NCBI GenBank assembly: GCA_051362555.1
Contig: CM120647.1
Span: 11,570,651-11,634,650 of the forward strand
Direction: 5' to 3'
DNA: 64,000 nucleotides
DNA from: Lingula anatina
Lineage: Eukaryota; Animalia; Brachiopoda
This document shows, in pieces, positions 25,076-37,600 of this stretch. The notes below the pieces were generated by a model. That model searched no databases. It was given only the letters and a program-made list of their open reading frames with translations, and was not told the origin of the DNA. Made by a program: the position numbers and the translations under genes. Numbering within the stretch: position 1 is the stretch's first letter; each line of letters starts with the position of its first letter.

Positions 25076-27473
25076 TAAGAGACAAAATGCTTGAATGAGT
25101 TCATCAATCTATTAAGCATGGGATTTTGACCCTCATGGTCATATGCAATTGTGTTAGAGAAGACATATGTAAGCATTTTTGGCTTATATTAAATAAAAAG
25201 AAAAATAATAAATTGAGTTTCAGACTGAGAGGTGCTGCCCCCTTTTAGTGGATGTTAGGGTGAATGTTTGTCGGTCTCTCTTTGTCTGTTTGCAAGTGGA
25301 GAAGACATTTCAAAATGTGCACGTATGTGCAAAGACATGGCACATGCACACGCATGCAGGCACACACACTCACACACACACACATAACATGCTTACGAGC
25401 AAGTTCCAACGTCGCAGCTGACACCTGAGCAGGGATTGACGAAACAATACACCTGGTGCAATTCTGAAACGCAAATAAAAATCTATAACATTTCAACTTC
25501 TATGTGTACAATGGACATGTACTGCCACACGTACTGGGAATATACCGGGCACTGCTACATTGTACATTAATGGTTAAAATAATAATAATATTAATTTGCA
25601 AACTAAAGGCTCTTAGCAGTGTAATATTCACCGTTTCGATAATACATAATTTAAATTGCCATCTATCTGACGTTGACATAAGTATTATCTATTAACGCCT
25701 TTTTATAGGCCTGCGTTTCAAAGTTACTGAACTGAAAGCCGCGCGGAGCTGGAATTACGGGATACAGTGGTGCCCTCTTTAGTGGTCAGAAATGCATTTA
25801 GGAGATACACAGTACCCGGTACACTAGATTATACTAACAATACAAAATTACTTTTATTCTACCGGTAATTGACTTTACATTTATTAGGTGTTGAAACAGG
25901 AGGAACATAATATATATAATTATGGTCGTATTATATATAATTGTGATATTATGATGACAGTAATCATCTCGAAGTAATTGGATCTGGAAGCTTGATCGTC
26001 TACCCATATGTACATGTATCTGAGCATTTTACTATCAGAATTTATGTAGACTATTAGGTAATTATTGGAGGTAGTACGTCATTAAATTTAAAGCTTAGTA
26101 ACATTAGATATCTTTGAGCAACGTCATGTGGTTGGACGTCAAATAATTGTAACGTTAAATGTTTTCATAACGTCATTGACGACGCGGTAACTTTTCAGAA
26201 TTTCCGCCCGTTCTGTGACTTACGTTTTACAACCTTGCCATTGACACAGCTAAAAGAGCCGGATATTGGTAGCGCCGAGATGGTCGACAAAGCGGTCAAA
26301 CACAGAAGCGCCAGAACCAGATATTTATTCATCTTCCTTATGGTGTTGATTAGTCTAAAATGAAAGCAAATGAAATGTATTTAATGTTCATTTCATCAAA
26401 GCACGATGCTCCTTGCATTTTTTAAGTGCAAAAGATAAATACACTTAAAGAAAACAAAACAAAAAAATACTGTCACACAATTTCACCAACCACTAAGATA
26501 TACTTAATTCATGATCTTTTTACCAAAATCTGAATGTGTAATGATACTTTGAAACAGTTGTTTCGTCTCTCTTAAATGCTTGGAGTTATAGCTTTCTATA
26601 TATTTATGTTCAATGTGCTGTCACTACCCCTTTACACAGTTTACGGTATACAACTTATTAAAATTAACATCGATGCATATTGCACAAGTGGTGCTACAAA
26701 GTTTGTTATTTTTTCAAATAGGTGTCAGAATTACTAACCATAATGTTTAGGTGAGCTTGGATTGAAGTGTAAAATATACACTGTAATTTTTTTTTTCAAT
26801 TTGAAAACGACAATATTGATAGAATGCTCTCTGTCGCAGAAAACTTACTGTAACGCCCGTCAGTACTTCTGAAACTTCCCAGTAGATGACAATTCTTCCC
26901 AAAAATTTGCTTCCGTGTTATGTTGCTGCCTGCGCCCCAGCTAGGCCTATTTATACAGAACTGAATGCGGATATGACGTCACACATGAAGTGACATATAT
27001 GTGTCCGGGATATATGGAGGGATAGGTTTTGGCAGACAAACACCATTAATATCAGTCTATCTTATTCTGCTCTTTAAAGTACTAGTGGACTCTCCTTGCA
27101 CGCGAGACAGCAATTTCATTGGGGGGCTCTATTTATTTATTTGTTTATTTTTAAGTACAATAGATATTTCCCCCTTAACTTTTTTGTGACCTTGGTCAAA
27201 TTCTAATTCAAAGCGCACCTTTACCGGACATAGGGATATATATTTCGACCCCCCCCCCTCCCCCCGGTCTTCGGGACTAAAATAAAGTCTTATGCAACTG
27301 TTTTCTATTTTAAACTTGTTATGGCAGCAGTGGGATTGACATGATATTATTAAAGCTCCCACTGATGACATCTTAAGGAGGATAAACACGTCAGGATTGT
27401 CCCTTATCCGCTTAAATAAATATAACGTTGTCCTGTTATACCAGTACGTGATAATGTCATCACATTAAATATG

Positions 27474-27600
27474 GCGGATCAACTATGGCCGACCCACTTG
27501 AAAGCTTGTCTCATAACCCCCTAAGAGACAATGAATGCATATACATTCCCCGTGAAATAGGGCGGTAAGCTTTCAAGTGGGTTGGTCATATTTGATCCAC
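27474..27600. mobile_element. Palindromic MITE (GGATCAA..GGCCGACCCACTTGAAAGCT arms)
   Basis: Inverted arms. Second copy at about 42632-42769 and a partial third at about 42785-42816. Confidence 0.7.
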
Positions 27601-29576
27601 AGATCTGCTATAGTCCGCGGATCAACTTCTGTTGTGAATGCAGCCTTAGTTTGTGACTGGGATTGTCGTCCAAGGAACCCGGTCCCGTGCCCGCCGTATA
27701 AATAGAAGGGCCTACAGATTATCATTTAGTCAGGGCAAGAAGGTGTATGCTGAATATTCCTTATAGTTTTCTAGTATTCAAATGGCACGTGTACGGAGTA
27801 ATGGAGAGCAAGCTACATGTACGGTACCTTGCAGGCCACCATTCTCACCACAACCCCTGGGATGTGGTCAGACCCGTGGCTTGTCGTGATGTGTGGTTAT
27901 ATTGATGAAGATGGCTGCTGGTCTATGATAAAATTAAAACTGACCGCATTATCACAAAACAAGTCTTGTTTAAAATGTGAGACGATGGTATTGACTTCTA
28001 TTATTGCCATTTCGTCAAGTGAAAACCACAGGATCTTTTTGTTTGTTCATATTATTTTTTCACTTCTTTCCAGTTTCATTTTCTTTCCTTTTCTCCTTGC
28101 TCTGGTTATTTTGTCCATGCTAGCGGCGTTTCTCTCCGTTTATGTTACATGCCGCTGTTCAAGTACCACACATTATAAAAACATGTCCACCAATTCTATA
28201 GAACACGCCCAGCCCTTAATTTACTCATAAATATCAATTACCAACACTACATAAATGACGCGTTACAGGACGATATTTCTAATGGGGTTATTGTCGACAT
28301 TAGTCTTTAATCCACATTAACGTTTGTGTCTACTTGAACAAATCAGCCTGTGTCGAATTTATGATCTATATTTTATATGTATAAGAATTCCCCTGCACTT
28401 ACACTGTGGCCTGTACTAAACAAATTCGAACCCTGTACGCATGCACGATATATGCACTGCATGTTATAGGCGTCTTATAGTGGTGCTACAAATTTAATTG
28501 TTTATGTCTGTTAGTAAAAAAAAAAAGTCATTTTCCGAAAACTCCATCATAAAGACTGTAACAGTGTAACAAGGGCGTAGCACGCATTTTGATGAGGCCT
28601 CTTTGTTCTTTCTACGTTTACTGTAGCTGAGAAATAATACGCAAGGACCTTTTCTCTTGTATCCGCCATTTAAGTTCATCTAGAATGCGAACAGTGCGCT
28701 ACCGGAAGCCTAGGGTGCAAGAAAGTTAATTACCCCTAGCAGCTTCAGACATTTAAGCCGCTTAAACTGAAGGCAATTTAACGAGAATCCCCTCGGAGTA
28801 AGATTGATCCTGCTAGTACGATAGAGTTACGATATTTCAGTCTAAGCTGGTTTGAAATATTTGGCATTAACACTTGTTTCATAATCACAATAAAAAAAGC
28901 ACATTGATAAACAAGTTAGCAGGGCGTTTATAATGTGTTTTCATTCACACGTAGTTTCCTCAAATTCATTTCTAGATCTGTTGGATTAATCATGCTAAAT
29001 AATCTTTTGGAAAATGTATATTCTTACGCAGAAATTGCATGTGTGAAATCCATTATGGGTTTTTCAACCCAGAGCACAGTCTCAAAACAGTTTAAATTAT
29101 TCAGTTATATATCTCATCGCATAACTAGTGAAACAAAACCTTCGTTATGTATTCTAAGGTGTTTTATAGTAAGAGCAACTTGTTGACATATTAAAATAAC
29201 AAACCCATTTTATGTGGCGATAATCTTGGATTAGAGCCATCTGTGTTCAAACATACAATTCTCAGATAAAGTAACTGATACAAATAAAAAAACGGGTTTA
29301 ACTTCATCAAATTCATCAAAACGGAAAATATCCTTAAATTACACTTAATAAAAAATTCAAATTAAGGTATTTGGACTTTTTTCAAGGTATAAGGAAAATT
29401 GCCTACATCTTCAATTCGGTCACCATCTTGAAAAAAGATAAATGCCTGAAAACTTTGCCTAACGAGGGCTGCAACCAAATCCTTCAACAAGGCCCTTTTT
29501 TCATTTTGGCACATACGCTTATAGCATAAGTGCTGCAAGAAATATAATAGTTATTTTCAAGTATGTGCCTGCCTAT

Positions 29577-29789
29577 GGCTCTATTCCCATAGATTTTAGA
29601 TCGATCTATCCCCGCGGGGAGTCTCACTAGATTACTTTCAGATAATCCGACTTAAATGTCCGTCCCGCCTACTACAAGCTTTAAGAGGGTAATTAACTTT
29701 CGTGTCCGCCCGGCTGACAGCTATTTAGCGTGAACCCCCAGGGAGTTAGGTCGATCTAAAGTAGGTCGATCTAATCTATGGAAATGGGG
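29577..29789. mobile_element. MITE family with TAGATCGATCTA subterminal motifs
   Basis: ATTCCCATAGAT...ATCTATGGAAAT ends. Related copies at about 28680-28830, 30245-30480 and 42277-42485 (inverted), and a relative at 62353-62539. Confidence 0.7.
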
Positions 29790-31863
29790 TGATAATGTTT
29801 AGGTGAGCTTGGGTTAAAGTACAAAATATGTTTTTATTAATTTCAATGACGCACTAGTCTGAGGGATATACAGCTTACTGGCCTTCACATACTATAGTCA
29901 CAAAAACAGAGTTCTCACGCTCAGAGCGGCCTGTTTACAAATTAGTTTTAATTGGTACATCAGGGCTTGTGAAAGGGAGTTCAACCCCATAGCGGAAATA
30001 CATCATTGGTCCAGTCAATCTGGTTCGACACAAAGTACTGTACCGCTCCACGTTATAACTAACATGAGAGCAATCATCCCTGTTTAAAGTTAGCGTGATC
30101 GCTTCCCTATAGCTAAGCAAACAAGCAAGGACAAACAAGGAGCTATTAAGTGACAAGATGTCAATTATGTCCAAGAACAGGGTAAGTCACGCCGCGACGA
30201 GGATTAGCCACAAAATGGTTTTGTACACGCATGACTTTGACTGGGTTCCCATACCTAGATCGAGCCAACATGATCGGTCTAACTCCATGGGGATTCACAC
30301 TAAATTGCTTTCAACTTTAGCGGTTGTCACGCCTACCGAATCAGCTAGGCCCCAGTAGTTAATTACCCCCTAACAGCTTTAGTAGGCGTGACAGACATTC
30401 AAGCCGCTTAAGTTGATAGCAATTTAGTGAGAATTCCCTTAGATCGATCCAAAGTTAGTACGATAGTCTCTGGGAATGGTCTCTTTGATTAACAACCCGA
30501 CACCAGCGTCAGCAACAGTACACCGTTCACCCGGCATCGCGCGCGGCAAAAATAAGATTAGGATGAATTGAGTCAAGACTGTAATCTCCTTAATAAAATC
30601 TTAAGACGACGATTTTTCTTTTATTGGATATGTAGGCGGCCACTTGTTTGTTCTAATAATGCATTAGGTGTTTCTTCGGCAAGTTGATGTGATGAAATGT
30701 AGACGACCGCCACATTTGACAATGACACTATTTTTGTTAGTTTTCAAGAAGGTGGAAGACCAACACTGTTCTTTTTACAAAATAAGTATCATTTAGAAAT
30801 GAAATTGCATCATAATGTGGCTATAGTGATCATCTTATTTTATTTGCATTTATATCTATTTTTAGACAGTCTGACTATTGACATAACTGACCTTCCATTT
30901 TTACATTTTTCAGGTCTATTAAACATTTCTTGATAGGTTTAAGACTGTTATAATAATGATAATAACCATTAAAATAATAATAATAATATTTATAATATAT
31001 AACATTTTATCACTATTGTTATCATAAAAATGCTAAAAATATTCAATATCATGCATGTGGACACGTGGTTATACAAATGTCTATTCCATTTTGATTGAAT
31101 GTAATTTAAAAGAGGTTACTGAATATGAAATCGCACCTTAAGTTGCAAAATATACTCTCTCTCTCTCTCTCTTTTTTTTTTTTTTTTGGGGGGGGGGATG
31201 GGGGCAATTTAGACATGTAAACGTATAGTAGGCCAACTTCGACAAACTAACCTTCATCTGTCACAAACCACGAACATCATTATCTGCCATGCGGTTTATA
31301 TGCTGTTTTACGCGGTTAGAAAGCAATCTTCCCAAATCAGCACTTAACGGAGAAGCTGTTTGACGTGAGTCCATATTAACACAATAGCCACTGCAGCTCA
31401 CCACGTTTCACTGTCTGTTTTCACAGTGTTTCTGTCATATAAATTATTTTTTTCAAAAAAATCTTGAATGAAAATGTGACAGAAATGAAAATATGAAGTT
31501 TTTTTTTTCGTAACGCTTTGGCTCGCGTGTTTTTTTTTTATAAAAAGTATAGCATAGGTTTTAAGCAAACAGCTGTGTATAGTGATTTATGCACGTAGTC
31601 CTCGCGTACATTTGTCTGTGCGTGAAATCACCAATCCAGGAAGTCTTATTGCGAGTGACAAATCACCAAATCTTCTCCTCGTTTTTTTTAATTTCCTGGC
31701 ACACGACTTCTCAAGCCCAATACCTCCATCACGACCACAAATTTACACGTACAACTCTACAAACTGACATACGGATTGTAATTCTGGATATTATATAGCT
31801 TAGGAACCGAACACTTGTTTCTGCTTCTTCGGTGACTCCTAAAACTTATTGATAAGACACCCT

Positions 31864-34298
31864 AACTACGAGCATATGTACCGGAAGGGATCGGATATCA
31901 GGGAGTTTCTCATAGCACTGCCTTGGTTGTTCGAGCGCTGTATTTGCCAATTGCGCCTAGATGAAACATGTCATACCATTAAAGGTCTTTTTAGATAAAG
32001 CGTGTTCCTTACACTAGCAGCTTTAGAAATGTGTAGTTTAGAGTCGAGTTCAGTGTAATCCAGTAGTCCTATTTTTCTTGTCCTTTTCAATCGGTTAGGT
32101 AAGGATGATAGATAGCTCATGTTTCAAAATTCCATTTCTTAGACGGCATTGCAAGCGAGAGTAGGAAATTGGAGGATGAATCGTGAGGTGCCAAAAGTTA
32201 TTTGTAGAAACCAAATGAATCAGGCAAATGAATTTATGTACACGGCGATTATTCCCATAAGCTTATCACGAATAAAGATGCGTAGATTATCTGTCACTGT
32301 ATAGAAGACAAGTGGCATACTGACATTAGCACTTGGTGGACTGCTGATTTTACTACTCGATGAATTTACGAGCACCACGAGTATTTCCACTTTTCTCTCT
32401 CTCTCTCTCCTCAAGGATCAGATATTGACAAAGATACCCATTCCACGTTCGTATTTTCATTTTATCTAATTTTCAGTCCTACTGTTCATCACAATGGTTA
32501 ATAGCATAACAGGATGTGACATGATATAATAAAAAACTATCTAACTTAAAAGTGACTCTAAAACTCAGATGCATATTTCTAGAATTTGCCTAAGTCATCT
32601 AATTAAAGCGATAACACTTTGATGTTTGGTTTATATAGCAAAATTCTAATTCTAAAAGTAAATCTTAAGTAATTTCCTGAACAGTCATTAAAATAGTGAA
32701 AACGTTAAGTTCTGACAAAGCACCAAATTTTATTATAAAATTTCATTATTTCATGCATAAAGGGTGCGCTTTCATGCAATCTGAAGCTGTCATTAAATCT
32801 TTACAATATAGCCCACATGCAGGACCAAATTTTGCGGGAAAATCAGGGCTAGACACTAACTTTTATGAGCACTTGTCCGAATTTCAATCCAACCTGTCCA
32901 ACAAAACCAATTTTTTTTTCTATTGATACCACAGCCTTACCCATTCACCCTATCTGAACTCGTCCGTAGGGAACCGCAAAAACGAACCTTTACAGACTTA
33001 CAGACAAAATCACGTTGCTCAGTATCTTACCGGTATATGTATGCCCCCGAAGTGTCAAAATCATGCAGGATCCCCCCCGGAATTAAAATCTCACTTCTGT
33101 AACCTGTTTTTATGGAAATTAAATAGTGGTTTTTGAATGAGTTAATTTAATTGTGTAATTTAAACCACTCGTTCTGGACTGCGGTTGTTGAAAGCTAGGT
33201 GGGAGTAACATTACGAAGCGACCCAGGGGGGGGGGGTGTAATGGAGATCAACATTCGGTCATTTATTTCAAATTACCCCTGCTAAAATACTGCTGAAAAA
33301 GCCCCCCCCCCCCCCCCGCCCGCCGATATGATTGATCAGTCCCTGTTATTATTAACTATGAGCATATGTACATGTACGTAGGGATAGGATATCACGGAGT
33401 TTCATAGCACTGCCTTGGTTGTTTGAAGGCTGCCTTTGCCGACTGCGCCTAGAAGAAATATTTTATGCCACTGAAGGTCTTTTTAGGTAAAGCGTGTTCC
33501 TTACACCAGCAGCTTTAGAAATGTCTAGTTTAGAGTCGAGTTAAGTGTAATCCAGTAGTCCTATTTTTCTTTTTCTTTTCAATTTGTTAGGTAAGGATCA
33601 TCGATAGCTCATGTTCAAAATTCTGTCTCTTAGACGGCACTGCAAGCGAAGGGAAATTGGAGGATGAATCGTGAGGTGCAAAAAGTTATTTGTAGAAACC
33701 AAATGAATCAGGCAAATGAATTAATTTACACGTCTATTATTCCGGTAGGCTTATCGCGAATACGGATGCGTAGGTTATCTGTCACTGTATAGAAGACAAG
33801 TGGCATACTGACATTAGCACTTGGTGGACTGCTGATTTTACTACTCGATGAATTTACGAGCACCACGAGTATTTATACCTCTCTCTCTCTCTCCTCAAAG
33901 ATACAGGTGTTGACAAAGATACCCATTCCACGTTCAAGTTTTCATTTTATCTAATTTTCCGACCTATATCACAATGGTAAATAGTATAACAGGATGCGAT
34001 GTGGTGTAATATATAACTATATAACTTATCAAAAACTTCAGAGTGACTCTTAACTTAGTTCAGATGCATATTTCTAATTTAAGCGATAACACTTTGATGT
34101 TTGATTTAAATAGCTAAAATTCTATTTGAGATATAAGCCACCATCTTGAGACAATTAAGCCACCATCCTCTTTACAACAAGGAAATGTGGCATTCTTAAT
34201 CAGATTGATATATAAATAAATATTTAGTCATTCCCTGAACAGTCATTAAAATAGTGAAGACGTTAAGTTCGGACAATGCACCAAATTTTATTCTAAAA
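31864..34298. repeat. Local direct duplication of about 0.9 kb (31864-32740 and 33354-34298)
   Basis: Long near-identical blocks, e.g. tgtcactgtatagaagacaagtggcatactgacattagcacttggtggactgctgattttactactcgatgaatttacgagcaccacgagtattt in both copies. Confidence 0.9.
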
Positions 34299-34685
34299 CT
34301 AATAACAAGAATAAAAGCAGTAATAAGGGCGGAGAAAAACATGAATATTATGCAGTCCCCGTGTTGCCATGTAGGCACTTTTTGAGACAGTTAAACTGAT
34401 TGCAGTCTATCCCTCCCCCCCCAACAGAGTTTGGTCGATCCACGTAGACTGACGATGTGTATGGAAATCGGGCCTTAGTACATGTATAATATCACTTGCA
34501 AAGAGTGGGGAAATATTGCTTCTTTTGTATCGCATCGTGCACAATTTATGGGAGAGGAGGTATTGTAAACCCCAAAGCTAGGGGGCCAAGGGGTACGAGG
34601 CACACAGCCCCCCCCCCCTCCTACCCCAAAAAATCTACCATTGTTACTGTTCATTTGTTATGTTTCCCTGCAAATGGCCAGATAT

Positions 34686-37600
34686 TCAGAAGCTGAACCT
34701 ACAGCTGTGTAGTTTCCTCCGGGACCGCTTCTTCACGTATTTCCGCCTCAGTTCCTTCTGGAAAGCCCCGTGGTATTTGGTGTAGACGAACGGGGTAAAG
34801 AGAGGTGATGCCTTGGCCGCGATGGACGGTATGCCGACGGTCAACGGAGTCAGGAGACTTTCATTTCCGAATACTCCTAGAAGACTGACAGTAGCGTAAG
34901 GGACCCACGCGGCACAGTAGACCGCCACTTCCACCATGATCATCTTGACAATGCGCAGCTCGGCCCCTAGCTTGCTCTTGGCAATGCGTCTCTTCCTGCT
35001 GGCTCTCCCTAACGAGCCGAGATTGAGGCGGGAGCGGCGAACAAAGCACAATATACTGGCGTTTGTGACCAGGATGACTATAAGGGGGAGTAAAAACCCA
35101 AAACAAAACAGGCACATGACGAAAGAACGATTTTCATTGGTTCTGGTCAAATAATCAAAAGTGCACGAGAGGCCGTGACCCTCAAGGACGTAATTCCCCC
35201 ATCCGAATATCGGTGCTATTACCCAGACTATAGAATTAACCCATACTAACGATAACAGCACAACCATGTGCACCCATCCTTTTCCCTTTCTTTTCATTTG
35301 TGAAGAGCGAACAATGACTCGGTACCGTTCCAAAGCTACGGCAGCCATAGTGTTGATGGACGACAACGAGGCCGCACCTACTACGCATGCGTAGGCAAAG
35401 CACCCTGAAAGAGAACATGGGTATCTAACCAAATGGTATATCTCATCCAGAATGTTCAAGTGCAAAGTCAAGAATAAAAACTTCAGTTCAAGGTAGTGTA
35501 CCCCCAGAAGCCGCCACGCCTAAATGCTTCCATATTTTTGTAACACAAAAGCTCTTATCTAAAGCCTGGGTCACACTGCGCTTGCAACCTTTTGGCAACC
35601 TCTTTGCAACCTCAGTCGCAAGGAGGTTGCCATAGGTTTTAAAGTGGTCGCATAAGGTTGCTAACAGGTCGCCTGCGATCGTTGACACATGAAGGCCATT
35701 TTTTGTGCACCGACAACCAGTGCGACTAAAGATAAAAATTATCGGTATCCTAAAGGTTGCCTATCGGTCTCTTCTTGGTTGTCAGTAGGTTGCTATAACC
35801 AATAGCATACCATTTGCAACTGCACGGTCGATTGACCGTATTTAGTCGACTGGTCGCTTTCAAGTTTTTTACCAGTCGCAAGTAGTCGGCAGCAGGTCGC
35901 TAGAAGGTTGCAGTTGTAACTGCATGGTCGATTGACGGTCTTTAGTATCTTGGTCGCTAACAGGTTTTTTACCGATCGCAGGTGTTCGAAAATATGTCGC
36001 AGGAAGGTTGCAAGCGACTGCAATAAAATAGGCGTAGGATGGCGGTCTATTTGGGCAAAGACATTTTTCATAATTTGTTATGTAAGCCTTCTAATTATCA
36101 AGGTCATAAATTATAATATTTTAGAAAAAGAAAACATAAATTGCATTTGTTGACAATATTTTATACCAATTGCCAAGGCTTTCATATACCAGGTATTTCA
36201 CACTTACGAAACCAAAAAAAAAAAAAAAACGCTACGTTTATTTATTTTATCATTTTGCGAAAATCATAGGTAAAATGACGAAAACCTCAATTATATATCG
36301 CTGTATGTTATTTAAAATTTGCAAAGCCATGTTATCAGAGTACACAATGAAACAAATACACGAATGCAGAGAAACGGAAAATAAAAGCAATTTAATCAGC
36401 AAGGTATAAATGCTATTTAATATCATAATTTCAACAATCAAAATTATCCACAAATAATCGAACAAATCGTTAAATGTGTCCAATAGACTTTAATAAAAAT
36501 AGTTTCAACACAAACAATTTTACATCTTTCCAGTGCTTGGTATCCTCACTACAAGGATGAGAGTGTAAAAAGCATGACTTGACACGATTTAATTACGTTG
36601 TATTGTAAGTGGCAAACGCCTGGGGTTAAAAAGACAAAGGGAAAACCACACATTCGGTTGCAAATCAGTTGCAAAGCAGTCGGCGACCTGTTAGCAACCG
36701 GCTGGATACCACAAGTAGGTTTTTCGGTCGCCAGGAGGTTATCGGTGCTGCACCGAAAACCGGCGCAACCGGATATTAACCCAGCGTTCATTTTGCGAGT
36801 TGTTGCAACCGGTCACCGACCTTTTTGCAACCGGTGACAGTTGCAAGTCGCAAAGAGGTTTTTTGTTCAGTGTGACCGTAACTGAACAGGCCTTGCGACC
36901 TCAAAGAGAAATAGTATTTGACCAAGAAAATATTAAAGAGTATTATGAGATTAATAAGGATTAAAACGTATGCAAGTTTATGTTTTTATTACAGCACAGG
37001 TTTCGTTAGGTGAGGGTGTAGTCTTTTCAAAAGTTCACAAAACATTGTTGGTTCTATTTTTAGGAAGGAAATGAAAACTTCCCGATTTTCAAGACGAAGT
37101 TTTTTCATATAATGTTTGTAATCGCCTTACAAGGGGCGTCTTGCAATCCACGGGTTTTCGAGTTTTTTTACTCGTTTTACTTATTAGGTAAACAAAGTCA
37201 ATGGTTATAGCAGTCCCGTCTTTTTGAAAAGGAGTCATTTTACTAGAACATTTTTGTCTTTTGAGAGGGGATTTTATGGGAAAGCAGCTACAAGTTGGCA
37301 ACATATATGTTCTGTGCGACCTTGCTGCTACTAGTTGACAAGCGATTGCTACAGTCCTGCAACCGGTTTTCGGTCACCGAGTGGTTGCAGGCAGGTTGTG
37401 TATCGCTCGGCAAACAGTGTGCGGCTGGCAACCTATAACTTGAAGATGGTCTATAAGAGGTTGCAGACCCCATACTGCAATCTTGTTGCAACCGGTTTGC
37501 GACTGCTTGCCGATCAAAATTGGCCATAGCTTCTTAATTAGCTTGCAAAGTGATCGCAAGCGACCGCCAGATTTTGTGGTTGCAAAAAGGTTGCAAAAAG

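Noticed and set aside
35405-35471. N-terminus of the 261-aa opsin ORF (MTLHLNILDE..)
   Set aside because: Intronic; the acceptor at 35405 joins upstream exons that supply TM1-TM2
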